64,000 nucleotides of DNA from Azolla caroliniana. Lineage: Eukaryota; Plantae; Polypodiophyta. Of this stretch, positions 12,001 through 26,000 are shown piece by piece. Position 1 is the stretch's first letter, and every line of letters starts with the position of its first letter. The stretch lies in assembly GCA_043228905.1 (NCBI GenBank), contig JBHGNT010000022.1, positions 3,782,001 through 3,846,000 on the forward strand, written 5' to 3'. The position numbers and the translations under genes are program-made. The notes beneath the pieces were generated by a model. The model saw nothing but the letters and a program-made list of their open reading frames with translations. It had not been told where the DNA came from and ran no database searches.

Positions 12001-12780
12001 GCGCTGTGAGACGGCCATTTCCCGTTCCAACGCTTCCTGCGCTTGCCGTAACTCCCGGATTGCGTCTTTATCCGGTTCTGCTTCAGCCTCTTCCGGTTGC
12101 GGTAAGTATGGTGCTACTGCTTCGGCAATGTCAATCTCGAAGAGGGGTATGATTTTTGGGTTTTCCTGCAAGTACTGAGCTTCTTCTTCGTCAGCTAACC
12201 CTTCTAGCATGTTGACGCATTCCGCATACAACGGTGTACATTCCCTGCCAATGCTCGTCCTTGGTTGTGTTGGTACCCGTACCCTGGCTTTTCCTCGCCG
12301 GAAGGTAATTATATTTTTCCTCCAATTCTGTTTGATATGTGCCGTTTTCAACCATGGCCGCCCCAGCAATAGCAGGTATGCGCCTTGTGCCTGTAATTGT
12401 AGCACTACTGTCGAGATGTGAAATGTATGACCACTGACGGTGACTTCTAATTTCTGTATTAATCCTGCTGGCCGCACTGAGCTTGTATCGGCCATCCGCA
12501 ACCAGAACGGACACGGCTCCCACTCGTGGATTCCTAGGGCATCACACGTCCGGAGGCTTATTACATTCACCCCAGAGCCTCCGTCTATAATTGTGCCGGG
12601 GAGTTCTTTCCCTTTTACAATGGCTGTGATTACCGGACTGCTAGTGTCCACCACCGTTGGTCCCTCCTCCGGATTCGAGAAGAGTACCAGTGCCGGTGAT
12701 GGTTCTCCTGCCGTCATGGCCATCTTCAGTCCTTCCGTGAATCTTGGCACGAGTTGTAGGAGTCATCCTAGTGGCAACGT
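9043..12780 (-). pseudogene. pol: Gypsy-B pol (protease, RT, RNase H, integrase) with a few in-frame stops
   Basis: Protease IIDGGSGVN. RT RVCVDYRKLN, LDGFSGYNQI, FLDDF. Integrase HHCC and GLDFVGP/ISDQG/GLAE, plus WTGPY. Confidence 0.93.
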
Positions 12781-14830
12781 AATCTAGCATTCTTGCAACG
12801 CCTGCCATGTCTCGTTCTCGGAGTGACTACCGCCGGCAAGCCCTACGGTGTTCTCCTTTTGCCGCTGTAAGTCTGTGACATTCTGCTCATTTGCTTTCTT
12901 TACCCATTATGTTCCTTGTTTCCGGATGGTCTCCTGTGTCTCCCATTCCTTGACCATGCCCTTCGACCTTGTGGTCATCTGCTGCAGATCTGCCACCTCA
13001 AGGACTACCATATTTACCGCCGGTCGTTTTTCATAGCTCTTCACCGGGCATTGGTTACTATAATGGCCTTCCTATCGGCAGTAGTAGCAGTAGGCTTTCC
13101 GGGTATTGCTAGATTCGGCATTGTCTGTTGTATCCGGGGCAGGTCCTGCGGTACGTGCGGGGTTTTGGACCGGTTGGCTGCTTGGAGCTCCTTGTTCCGG
13201 ATCCCGAGGGTAGCCGTCTTTTTTAAAATGCCGTTTTCTGTTATAGCCCTTCTTATTGCGGTACTCTTGACGGGGTTACCCGTTATATCTGCCATATTCC
13301 TCCCATTGCTGACGATACTCGGGGGAGTGCTCCCAGTCGTAATGTTCGTATCTGCTATTGTAATCCCGGTACCGATCATGCCGGTCATAGTTATCCCACC
13401 GATCACCGTACCGGACATCATTCTCCCATCGATCGCTATACTGGACATCCTGTGTCGGTCGGTCGCGGTCCATTCGCCGCCAACGTTCGTCTTCTTCATC
13501 CCGGCTGCTGCGTGGCTCAATTTGTCGGACGGGCGGTGCTTGCCGGTTCAACAGATTATACTCGCACCTATCCGTCGTATGGCTCTTGGATTGACAGATT
13601 ACACATTGCGTCCTCATAGTGCATTCTAGAGCCGAGTGTCCGGAATTCAAGCAGGTTGTGCACTGTATTGCTTGCCGAAACCAGAGGTCTTCATCGGACG
13701 GTAACGCCCGTTGGAGTGCTCCCAGTGTGAGCCAGGAGCTTGTCTTTTCCATCTCTCTCACCCGGTCAATGACCTGGTCGATGGGTCTTGTGCGGAAGTC
13801 AATTACCGTGCAAACCGTGCGTAGGGGTTCCCGGAGCGCGTTTAGGAATATAGTCCGTAATTCCTCCTCCGGGGGTGCGCAGGCAAGCTGACTATGCATC
13901 CGTTGAAAACGGATGACAAATTGGGGAATGCTCTCCCCTGCCTCCTGTCGGATGGTATAAAATAAGCCTACCATTACGGTCTGGTCCACCTCCTTTTGAA
14001 AAAAATGCAAGAATTTAGCTTTTAAATCTGCAAAGGTGTTGATGGTAGATGGGTCCTGCGTCCGGCGCCATCTTGCTGCCGGTCCCTCCAATGTGACGCC
14101 AAATTCCGCTATCTTAGAGCGTTCTTCTTCCTCCGGGGTCAATCGCTGGGACACATGGTTGGCTTCCCATGTCTATTCAAAGGCGTGCACATGAGCTTCC
14201 GCGTCCGGATCATCTCTATACTTGGAGTACTGGAACGGCATGTCGTCGTCCGGTATCGATGCGCGGGCTGGTAGTGTTGGTGCTCGTTCCGGAATTTTCT
14301 CCGGCGTCGGTGGTCTTTCCCGATTTGTTTCCAGCGTCGGTGGTTTTTCCTCTTCTTTTGGTGACGGAAGCCTCTCCTCTTCGACTTCCGGTGTCGGAGG
14401 TCGCTCTTCCTCTGCTGGTTCCGGGGGTTCCAGCGTTAGCACTTCCGGTTCCGGTGTCGGTAAGGTATCCGATCCTTCGTCCTCCGGTCCGCCCGGGGTT
14501 TCGTTGCTGCTACGGTAGTTCATGTGCACGTTGTATTCCCCTTCGGAGTCCGATTCATATGCTGAAAAGGCTTCTGCTTCGCCTTCTCCGTTTGCCAACG
14601 CGTGGAGAAGGGATTCGGTTTCCCGGAGGCTGCTTAGGCTGCTGCCGTCGTCCGGGTGCGATGTTTGCTGTAACCAGAGGGAGTCCTCCGCTACTCTCCG
14701 GATTACGTTGGAAAACGAGCAATCCGCTCTAATTTCCTGCGCCGCTTGCTGGAAAGCCTCGCGTCTCCTTTGCCTTTCGGCAAGGCGTCGAGTTCGATCT
14801 GTAACCAGGTCGTGCGTTGATCTAGACATC
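12781..14830 (-). pseudogene. gag: Gypsy-B gag with three zinc-knuckle-like motifs
   Basis: Capsid-like TLEGPAARW...IRQEAGESIPQF. Knuckles CTTCLNSGHSALEC, CVICQSKSHTTDRC and CYCCR*EGHYSNQC. Confidence 0.85.
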
Positions 14831-16034
14831 CATCCGTGCCGTCGTTCGCTGCAAAAAAAGGAATCGTGGTCGCCAAAAACTGTGTTAACTCTTAGGGCCG
14901 GACAATGGCCTAACACAGGGTGTCTACGGAAGACACTTCACCAAAGGGTGTTACGGCAACCGGATTAGACTCAACGCTTACTCCGACTTAATTAAGTTAC
15001 TTAGCATGATCGTCTTTCATAATCACACGCGTAAGATATAACAATTAAGACAGAACAGCAATTAACACAGAGAGATAACAACGCTAAGCTTTTATTAATT
15101 AACAGCTATTCATTACATTGTATCCGGGCCTTTAAATAGGTTTCCGGTCTGTATTACAAAACGGTGCCATCCGCACCTGTTCGGGATCGGTCCGGATCCG
15201 GAACGGCATATCGATTCCGATTCGTCCGTCCACACTCATAGCTTAATTACAACCACATTCCTACTACTTAAATAACTCTCCGTTTCCCACTCTGGACTCC
15301 TTTGCCGTCCGATAACATGTTACGGGCATGACCATATTATATCCTGCGGTAAGAATTTAACGTAGTAGTCTATACACGTGGATAAGTGTGAGGGTTAAAT
15401 GAGAGTGTAAAGAAGGGGAGGATTACTTTTAATCCTCGGGATTGAGACAACCCAATAGGCCAAGTGTGAACTTGCCTGGGGGCCTTGGGTATCGCTATAA
15501 ATAAGAGGCCTAGCTACCCTCATTTCATCATCTTTTGACTACGTTGAGACTCTGTTTTGTGGTGGTTCAACTCTTGTGGCGACCGCGCCGACACCAAGTA
15601 TGACGCGACACCACAACGGTGGTATGGGATGTCAATCGATGCTCAAGTCCGTCTCGATCCCTTTGCTTGGGGGTGATCGGGTGGATCGGCACCCTTTTTT
15701 CTCTCTCTCCTTTCTATCTATCTATCTATCATTCTTTTCTCCTTATCATACGCTTACATTAGATCATATCTCTAATAGTTGGTTTCAGAGCTCATGTTCT
15801 AATGTTTCTTTTGTTGTCTTTTGTCTTCTTGATTGATGGTGATCGATCGAAGTCCGGCCGGCCTTGATCCAGACAATGATCAATAAAGGAACTTTGGTAA
15901 TCTTTCTTGTTTTTTTTTTCTATTTTTTCCTCTCCCTTCTAATCATGTATATGGTCATATGTAAATAAAAAAAAACATTAATTCAATGATGTTGTAGTGG
16001 TAATTAATCGGTTATATAAAACGTTTACATATGT

Positions 16035-16570
16035 GCACGAGGTCAATACCTCATTTCACATATATTTAATATGTGATTAGTGTTGTATGCGTACGAGGTT
16101 AATACCTCAATTATGTATTACGTTCACAAACATATGTTACGTTTGCGTATGAGATCATTACCTTGATTTGTATGTAAATGATATGTGTTTGGTGTCGTAT
16201 GCGTATGAGGTCAAAACCTGTATTACGTTCACAAACATATGTTACGTTTGCGTATGAGGTCATTACCTTGATTTGTATGTAAATGATATGTGTTTGGTGT
16301 CGTATGCGTATGAGGTCAAAACCTGAATTGCATATTACGATTAGCCCTTATTTTTAGATATTTCATCTGCGTAGAGGGTATATGCCTCGATTACGTATTA
16401 CGTTCACAAACATATGTTACCTTTACGTATGAGGTCATTACCTTCATTTGTATGTAAATGATATGCGTTTGGTGTGATATGCGTATGAGGTCAAAACCTG
16501 AATTGCGTATTACGATTAACCCTTATTTTTAGATGTTTCATCTACGTAGAGTGTATATGCCTCGATTACG
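16035..16570 (+). repeat. Higher-order tandem array in the Gypsy-C 5' leader
   Basis: A ~105-bp block starts at 16116, 16221 and 16396. About 10 GAGGT-N4-ACCT motif variants lie ~50-63 bp apart. Confidence 0.85.
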
Positions 16571-17757
16571 TATCTCGATTACATCATTTTTGGCTATTTT
16601 ATATTACGATTTCTTTTATATATGCATATGTGGTCATGTGTATACGTATTTGATCGTATATATGTGATAATATACATATGTGTATATAAGTTATTACATG
16701 ATTTCAATATCGAATGTTTTCCTTTTCGGGGAAAGGATCTTAGCGGCCGTCCTCACATTTTTGTGAGAATGGCATTGTCACCATCCCTTTTTCAACAAAT
16801 TTTTATTCTTGACATCCTCGTTGGTGACTTCGATTTCGTTACGTAATGAAACAATCTTAGCCACAGTGGTGTTGAGAACGTAGGGCTTGACCCACTTGAT
16901 GTGAGGTCACTCTTATGACACACATATCCAACATCCTTCCCTCATTACATGGATACGATGCTACTATGAGAGCATTCTTACAAAAGGCATTCGTAATGAC
17001 GTAACCATGTGATGGGCCACGTGGGCCTACTACGAAAAGAGGGCTCATTTGGCTTGACCATTAGGTTGCACTTTGGCATATGCCATCATAATTACAAGAC
17101 TTGAGGTTAGGTAACGTACCAACAAAGTTTGTGGTAAATGAGGGGGAAATAAGAACTCTTGACATATATGTTTCTTTTAAAAAAACATATATGGGCAAAT
17201 GCCTCGCATATCTCTTATACACATTAAATATTAAACATTCAAGAAGAGCAACCTACTTGGTTAGCTCAAGTGTTTAATACATTTGTTCTCGAGGTCTCGA
17301 GTTCAAATATTATCAAGATCATACAACATCGTTGATACATATGACTATAACACATGTTTAGACTTGAGGTCTAAGTACACTTTGGGGTTCTCATAATAGG
17401 ACTTAAAGAGCCGAAACCACATATGTGGGCACTGAAACATAGTTTATTGTTAACATTTTTTTTGTGTATAAACTATTCATGACGTGAACATACATGGTTA
17501 AGCCTTCGGGAGCCGCCATGAAAAAAATTGATATAGAGATCAGGGAAAGACATTAATTTGTCACCCCCATGGTTTTTAAAACACCTTCATGTTACCATAG
17601 TAACCTGATCTTCAACCTCATCTCATACGTCTAGAGGGGTATTGACATGAGATCATGATATCGATTAATGTTTGCCCATGATATGTTTACATCACAACAT
17701 GATATTATGACTATTTGTTTGATCTTATCCTATTTCTTTGCCAGAAATAATCATTCA

Positions 17758-20700
17758 ATGGCTCAAAATAACGACCCGATGTCGTCGGCTCAAGCGGAAG
17801 GAACTCAAGGAAATCCTCTTGGACAAATGTCCATTGAGATGTATTTTTCACAAATAAGCCAATACCTTAGTTTCACCACTCAACAGATGACCGAACTTTG
17901 GCAATCTAAAAGTGCTCTCGAGGCACGTGTCATTAGTTTACAACGTGAGACTAATAGACCTTATGAGCGACAAGGTGAACCATCGTTTGTCATTAAGCCA
18001 TTTACTGGAGAAAAAAAGGAATAAACCGAAGAAGCAATCTGCACGTGGCTGGGCCGATGGGAGTCTCATTTTGAGCTCTATCCCACACCAGATACAATGA
18101 AGATTGTATATGTTGCCCGAGAACTAGGGGGTAAGGCCGCCGCATGGTGGCATGGGCTCCGTACTTTGGGTAAATTTCCCAATACCTAGAAAAATTTTGT
18201 CACATTTTTCAAGGGCCAATTTCTACAACCTCCCTCTCGAACCGAGGTAGGACAAGCTTTAATGAACCTCTCTAACATGAAGTTTTCCTCACTAGAAGAC
18301 TATGTTCACCATGCTAGAACCCAAATCCAAAAATCGGGTCTAGAAGGGGACAACTAGTTAATAGCTTGTTTTGTCAATGGCATCCCCAATTCGGACTATC
18401 ATTGGATAGTGCATGATAAGGATCCAAAATCCTTCGAAGAGGCCGTTGAAATAGTTCTTCACTATCAACGCACTTCGAAGAAGGACCACAACAAACCCAA
18501 CAAAGTGCCCGGGACTAAGCAATCGCAATTCGCTGGGAAACGCAAGACACCCAACGAGTTCATGGATCGTGATTGTAAACGACAACATCCTTTTTGCGTA
18601 TTCTACAAAAAGAAGGGTCATACAAAAGAGCAATGTCGAAAGCTACAACGGAAAGAGCACAACAACAAAGCTAAAACTGCAAAACATAAAGGTCAGATTC
18701 CTAATGTCCTTCAGGTCTATACACATCATTTAAGTAATTGTCAATGTTTTTTCCCTCACTATGTATTGGGTCCCAATGATTTACTACGTGCAAACGGGTA
18801 TATCAATGGATCTCCCGTACCATTTTTGTTTGATTCGGGAAGCTCACACAATTTTGTGAATGATTGTTTGGTTCAAATATGGGGAATCCAACCACCGTAA
18901 GTGATCACACCTATACGGTGCACTTGGCTGATGGAAGAGTACAATACATCAACGGGGCGATTCATTCATTAGGAATTTCTATTGATACTTATATAGAGGA
19001 AGTAGACTTCCATGTAATGAATCTTTGTGTAAAAAAACAATCCCTCTCGATTGTTTCCTCTCCATCAATATCTGAGTTGTCTTGCTCTACTCTATTTTAT
19101 TGTGTACTTGATCCGGATATTCACATTTACAATATCGATAATGTCTCAGTTCAATTAACATATTTTGAACAACAACAACTTGATGAAACCTTAAATGATT
19201 TTCGTGATGTTTTTCTGAGTAAACTACCATATGGGTTACCTCCTAAACGTAATATAGACCATCGTATAGATATTGTACCTGGCGTTGCACCAATAAGTAT
19301 ACCTCCTTATCGCTTAGGTCGATCCGAAGAGGATGATGTATCTAAGCAACTCAAGGACTATTTACGAATGGGTTATATACGTTATAGTAAATCTCCATGG
19401 GGTGCACTAGTTCTCTTGGTTAAAAAGAAAGAGGGCACATGGCGTATGTGTATTAATTATTGACGCTTGAATAAAGTGACGATCAAGAATTCGTATCCAT
19501 TGCCTCGAGCTGACGATCTAATTGATCGTCTCCAGGGAGCTTGGTATTTTACGAAACTTGATCTCCGTACTAGCTACCATCCAAATTGTATAAGTGAGGA
19601 CGATGTTCCTAAAACGGCATTCGGTACATGCTATGGCCATTATGAGTTTTTGGTTATGCCTTTTGGTTTGACCAATGCTCCGGCTACATTTTAACAAGAA
19701 ATGAATGACATTTTCCGAGAACAACTTGGAAAATTTGTCATTATTTTCTTGGATGACTTTTTAGTTTATAGTCGTACATTACAAGAACATGCTAAACATG
19801 TTCGCTTTGTTTTACAAACATTGCGTGACAAACAGTTTTATGTGAAGATCTCAAAATGTGAGTTCTTCAAGAAATCAATTACTTATCTTGGACATCTCAT
19901 AACCCAACGAGGAGTTGAAATTGATCCTTCTCGTATCGAAAAAATCAAGCTTTGGCCCACTCTTCGGAATATTCGAGAAGTTCGATCATTCCTTGGTTTT
20001 GTCGGGTTTTTGCGAAAATCCCTTCGTAATTACTCCCAATTGACGACGCCGTTTATTGATCTTCTAAAAGGTCAAACGTGTAAGTCTACAAAACCTATTG
20101 TCTAGATTGCTACACTAGACCACGCCTTTAAGGAACTCAAGGACCTGGTGTGCAAGGCTCCTTCACTTCTTTACCTGATCCTTCAAAACCTTTTGAGGTT
20201 GAAACCGATGCAAGCGATTATGCTATAGGTGTTGTCTTATATCAAGATGGTAAACCAATAGCAATCGAGAGTAAGAAACTTGATTCTGCTCAATGTCGGT
20301 ATATCGTTCAAGAAAAAGAGTTATTTGCAGTTATACATGCGCTCAAAACATGGCGCCATTATCTTTATGGAAATCGCTTTGTGGTAACTACGAACCACGA
20401 GTCCTTGAAATATTTTGGTGACCAACAAGACCTGAAAGGTCGTAAGGCACGATGGGCTGATCTCATCCAGCACTTTGATTTTTCCATACGATATCGTAAA
20501 GGTTCCATGAACAATGTCGTTGATGCACTAAGTCGCATCTGTGACATTAACATGCTTAGCTTCACTGAAATAACATCAGATCTTTATTATCACCTTCGAG
20601 GAAAGTATCTTGATGACAGTTATTTTGTTAAATATTGGGCAAGAGTTGAGTCTGGAACAGACACCACCACATCCTCAAAGGAATACTTCCACATTGCTAA

Positions 20701-21925
20701 TGGACTGCTCTACCGTAATGGGAAGGTTTGTTTTCCGGATTTACCTGTGGTAAAAAAGATGATTCTTTTTTAATGCCATGACGCACCCTTAGTAGGGCAC
20801 CTTGGAATACATCATACACTCGTTCTCATCTCCACTCAATGTTATTGGCCTAAGATGCGTCCTGACATACATAGCTATGTGACTAAATGTCACCAATGTC
20901 AGGTTAACAAAGTCGAGAGACTTAAAGCTGCAGGACTTTTACATCCCTTGGACATTCCCAATAATAAGTGGGCTAGTATATCCATGGATTTTATTGTTAG
21001 TTTTCCTCGCACCCAAAAAGGCCATGATGCCATCTGGGTTGTGGTTGATAAACTAACTAAAATGGCCAGATTTATTGTTACTAAAACCACGGTAACAGCT
21101 CCTGAATTGGCTTACAAATTTATTGACGAGTTATTTCGTTTTTATGGGTTACCGATGGATATCGTGAGTGATCGAGATCCAAAGTTTACTAGTGACTTCT
21201 AGATGCAAGTCTTTAAGAAGTTAGAAACTACATTGAGCATGAGCTCCACGGATCATCCTCAATCCGATGGACAAACAAAACACGTAAATCAAATTATTGA
21301 GGACATGCTTCGAGCACACGTTGGTACAAAACCAACAAAATGGGAACGTTATCTCCCAATTTTGGAGTTTGCTTATAACAGCTCCAAGCATACAGCGATG
21401 GGATATATTCCTTTTATGTTGATGTATGGTTTTCAGGCACGAGCCCTGATTGATGTTAATATACATCATGATAAGTTGCGAAGTACGCAAAACTTTCTTC
21501 GGGATATGCAAGATAGAGCGTGTTTTTATGCTGATCATCATAGGCAACCTCGTGTATTCAACCCTGGACCTTTTACAATCCTCAAACGCATTGGGTCATC
21601 AACCTATCATCTTGCTCTTCCCGATGGTGTTGAAATTCATCTAGTTTTTCATGTGAATCGTCTAAAAGAACTTCTAGGTTCTGGCGACAATATAGTTACA
21701 ACTGAAACTCTCGTTACTTATGAATAATTATCTTCTAAACCACATGTACCAGAAAGAATTCTCGATGTTAAAACAAGAAAATTATGTGGTAAAGAAATCT
21801 AAGAATTTAAAATAAAATGGATGGATAAATTAATAAAAGATGCCACATGGGAACGCAAAAATACTCTCAGAACTAACTTCCCTACCTTTCCATTGCAAGA
21901 GTGCAATGTTTTAAAGAGGGGGAGT
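17758..21925 (+). pseudogene. Gypsy-C gag-pol remnant with a C-terminal chromodomain
   Basis: Knuckle CVFYKKKGHTKEQC; protease LFDSGSSHNF; [11 protein letters not shown] and FLDDF; RNase H ETDASDYAIG; integrase ISMDF/VSDRD; chromodomain-like PERILD...IKWMD..DATWE. Many stops. Confidence 0.9.
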
Positions 21926-22948
21926 ATGTTACGAGCATGGCCATATAATATGTTGAGAGACAAGCTCAACATTCGTGTGTAATACGATCCGTAACCCAGT
22001 GCGTAGACTGGGTGCGTAAATCGGTACACATAACATGGCCGTACCGGTGTGAAAACCGCGAGGCCGTTGGGAAGATATTCCTCGTAAAGACTAATTTTGG
22101 GGAGGATTACCACGGGATATTATGTGAAGAATAGCGTAAAGAAGGGGAGGATTACTTTTAATCCTTGAGATTGAGACAACCCATTAGGCCAAGTGTGAAC
22201 TGGCCTGGGGGCCTTGGGTATCGCTATAAATAAGAGGCCTAGCTACCCTCATTTCATCATCTTTTGACTACGTTGAGACTCTGTTTCATGGTGGTTCAAC
22301 TCTTGTAGCGAGCACGCCAACACCAGGTACGACTCGACACCACGATGGTGGTATGGGACATCGATCGAGGCTCGAGTCCGTCTCGATCCCTTCGCTCGGG
22401 GGTGGTCGGGTGGATCGGCACCCTTCTTTCTCTCTCTCCTTTCTATCTATCTATCTATCATTCTTTTCTCCTTATCATACGCTTACATTAGATCATATCT
22501 CTAATAATTTGGATCTCGGATGAGGGAGATATGATGATTAGAATATCGTTGTGTCATAGCTAAGAATAGGAGATGGAAAACTTCTAAAAAAAGCGTAAAA
22601 AAGAAAGCAAGGGAAAGTTATCTAGTAGAGGAGACCTTCATATAAACCAAGAAGAGTAAGCTAGTGGTGGGGGAGGCTATTTCATGTGGTGTTTTCTTGC
22701 CCGTTTATGTAGTGTGGTTTAGTTGTTATCAATATAGCTTTGTATATTTGGATTTATATATCTTTTTTCTCTCTTCCTTCTATCATGATCATTCATTATC
22801 AATAGATCTTTGTAGTTTTAGATTTATAAATCTTCTTTATCTTTTCTTTCTATCATCATCCTTTCATTTTGGCACTCTAGGGATGGTCGATCTTTTCCGC
22901 ATCTTGGGAAGATTGATTCTGTCGTACTATTACGTGGATATGACATTT

Positions 22949-23013
22949 TGTTAAAGATTGCTTGCGGAAGCGTTAGAAAGAACAATACACAAAGAGAGAG
23001 AGAGAGTAAGCGG

Positions 23014-23046
<33 letters not shown>

Positions 23047-26000
23047 CAGGACACACTATTTTCCAAAGTTATATGAATACTCTGTGTTCTGTATCTACAA
23101 CGCGCTCATCAGCGCTATTTATACAAGTCCACACGAGACTGTTAGAAGTACGGTGTACTTCAATGCTCACACGTGCATCTGACACTAACTACGAGACTAT
23201 AACTGCCTAGTAGTTTAACCTATACTAGGCCTCCGGTTATGGATTGGATCCGGCATACCGGCTCCCCAGCTCACCGGTCCTTACTGCTTACCGGCTCGAT
23301 TGCTCACCGGTATACCGATTCATCTCGCTTACCGGCTCAGGCTTATTCAGCCGATCTGGCTCCGGTTGAGCTTGCCGCTCAACACTCCCCCTCAAGCTCA
23401 ACCTGAGGTAGGGTCGTAGTGTCAACCTCTATGGCAGCCGGTTCTTCCAACCGACTTCTCCTGGCGTCGCTTCGCCTTGCTCGCGCTCCTTGTCCGGTAC
23501 GGTCCCGTTTGCCGCGACCCCTTTGGTTCTGCGCGCCTCGACCTTCAGCATGTCTACTCAATAGGCCCATCTCAGCTCCTTCGTTGCTATGACTCCGGCG
23601 CTTGCCGATCCGTCGGTTCCTCCGCGATGGCATCGACTTCCGCTGTGTCCATGTCTCCTTGACCGCTCGTTGATCCGACTTATCCGGATCCGTCTGTTGA
23701 TCCGAATCGGTTGTCTCCGACTCATTCCAGCTCTTATCCGAATCAGTATCCTCCAATTCGATTTTCGGCTTCAGGCCTCTCACCACATCAGACCACGTCC
23801 GGGTCTTCGCCTTCTCCGTGCTTCCCTTGGCTTCTTTAGCCGGTTCACCGAAGTCGAATTCTTCATTCGACTCCGCATCATGGCCATTACGATCATGATG
23901 ACCTCCGCATAGCATGCACTTCTCTTCCTGAGTGTACACTTCTTCTTCACAGCCGCTCACTCCGACCTGTTCAGATGTGCCGACTTCCTTCGTCGACTCG
24001 GCTTCATTTTTCTTCTTATCTCCACCTCTACCGGTTCTTCTCTTACCTACAGGTTCAATAGTTTTTTTGCCTTTGCCCGTTTCGATAGTGGCTTTAGGTT
24101 CAACAGTTTTTTTGCCTTTGCGTCTCCCCCTCAAGTGCGGCATGTCGAGATGCTGAACACCAAGCATTTCGGTAAAGTGTTGCAACTTGTCCGACCCGAG
24201 CGGCTTGGTGAAGATGTCGGCAACTTGCCGATCCGTGTGAACATACCGTAGTTCAACCTAACCGCTCAAGACCCGCTCACGCACAAAGTGGTAATGCACT
24301 TCTATGTGCTTTGTGCGAGCACGGAACACAGGGTTCTTGGCGAGTTGCATGCTGCTGAGATTATCGCAGTAGATCAGGATCGGGGTCGGTACCTCGATCC
24401 GCAGGTCTTGCAGTAGTCGCCGAAGCCAAATGGCTTCGTAGGTGGCAATAGTCGCGCCCCGGTATTCAGCCTCAATGCTCGATAGAGCCACTGTTGGCTG
24501 CTTTTTGCTGCTCCACGCAACAGCCGCGCTCCCAAGAGAAAACATAAAGCAGGAAGTTGAGCGACGATCCGTTGCATCGCCAGCCCAATCGGCATCCGTG
24601 TAGCTGACAAGCTCTTCGGTTATACCTTGCCGGTATAAGAGCCCCCGGTCCTTACTGTCGCTTACATACCTCAGTATTCATTGCACGCACTGAAGGTGCT
24701 CCACGGTCGGCTTCTGCATGAATTGGCTTACCACTCCGACCGGATAGCTAATGTCGGGTCGGGTGATGGTCAAGTAGATCAAGCTTCCGACTATTTGTCG
24801 GAACCTTTTCTCATCGCAGGTTGGTCCGGAGTTGGGACGGATCTTCTGATTCCGGTCCAGGGGTGTGGAGACAGGTCGGCATTCCGTCATGCCGAACTTG
24901 TACAGTATATTCAACACATATAACTGTACCATCGGCATTGTACTTTACCTTGTACACCCACTTGCATCAGATCGGTTTACAGTGACAAGGAGGGTCAACT
25001 AGGTCCCAAGTTCCGTTGGCATCCATTGCCCGCATTTCTTCCTCCATAGCGGCACGCCAATTTGCGTCCTTTGCCGCTTCTGCGTAGCTCTCCGGCTCAC
25101 GCACTTCCGCAACCTTGGTCATGTATGCATAATGATGCACCATGTACTCGTTATACCCGTACCGTTTAACGGGATCCTTCTGGCAGGTGGACCGGCGTAA
25201 CTCACCGTTACCCGGTATGAGACCCTTCTTGGCCAGTTCGGTCTTCATTCCCGAAGATCTGCCTATGTCCTTGCCGAAGTCAAATATGCACCGATCCGAC
25301 TCATCATTGCCGATCTCGAATTCCGGCATCTTCTGCTTCCCTTTCTCTTTGCGTGTGAACCGTCTCCTCGGTTCCTTGCGCGGGGAGAGCACGACAGAGT
25401 CTCCACTACTCGCCGTCTCATCATCCGACTGGTTGGACTGATCCAATCTCTCATTCGGTCCGCTTAACCGGAACGATTCCGGACTCTCATCTTGAGTCCC
25501 GGCTTCATATTTCTCTACCTAGGCCGGTTCAAGCTCACTGGCCCCATCCTCCGACATCGGGTCGGGATCGGAAGTCGGAGTTGGTAAGGAATACCACGAT
25601 GTCGATTCATCAAACTCGACATCTCGGCTGACTCGGACCTGCTTCGTCCGGGGGTTCTAACACTTATACCCCTTTTGCTCTTGAGCATAGCCGACTAGGA
25701 TGCATTTTTCCGATTTTGCATCCAGCTTTCTCCGCTTCTCATCCGGCACATGTACATAGGCTATGCTACCGAATATCCGTAGGTGTCTCAAATTCGGCTT
25801 ACCCCTGAAATATAGTTCGTGAGCTGACACCTTGTCCCCGATCCGGTTCTGGATGTAAACGGCCGTTTGGACCGCCTCCGCCCAGTAGAACTTGGGCATG
25901 CTCTTTTCCTCCAGCATTGCCCTAGCCGTATCAATCAGCGACCAATTCTTCCTTTTGGCCACACCATTCTGTTGTGGTGTGTATCTACAGCTGAATTCTC

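Larger units (their letters stand above)
5011..15317 (-). mobile_element. Gypsy-B, full-length non-chromovirus Gypsy element with a 3' accessory ORF
   Basis: Near-identical LTRs 5011-5444 and 14883-15317. TSD TGTTA at 5006-5010 and 15318-15322. PBS TGGCGACCAC (complementary to the 3' end of plant tRNA-Arg(UCG), recalled) about 7 nt inside the 5' LTR. Confidence 0.95.
5006..22506 (+). mobile_element. Gypsy-C, chromovirus-type LTR retrotransposon inserted in the Gypsy-A 5' LTR
   Basis: 5' LTR 5006-5010 plus 15323-15777; 3' LTR 21927-22506. PBS TGGTTTCAGAGC (tRNA-iMet, 1 mismatch) at 15780. PPT AAGAGGGGGAG. Imperfect TSD AGTTG/ATTTG. Confidence 0.88.
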
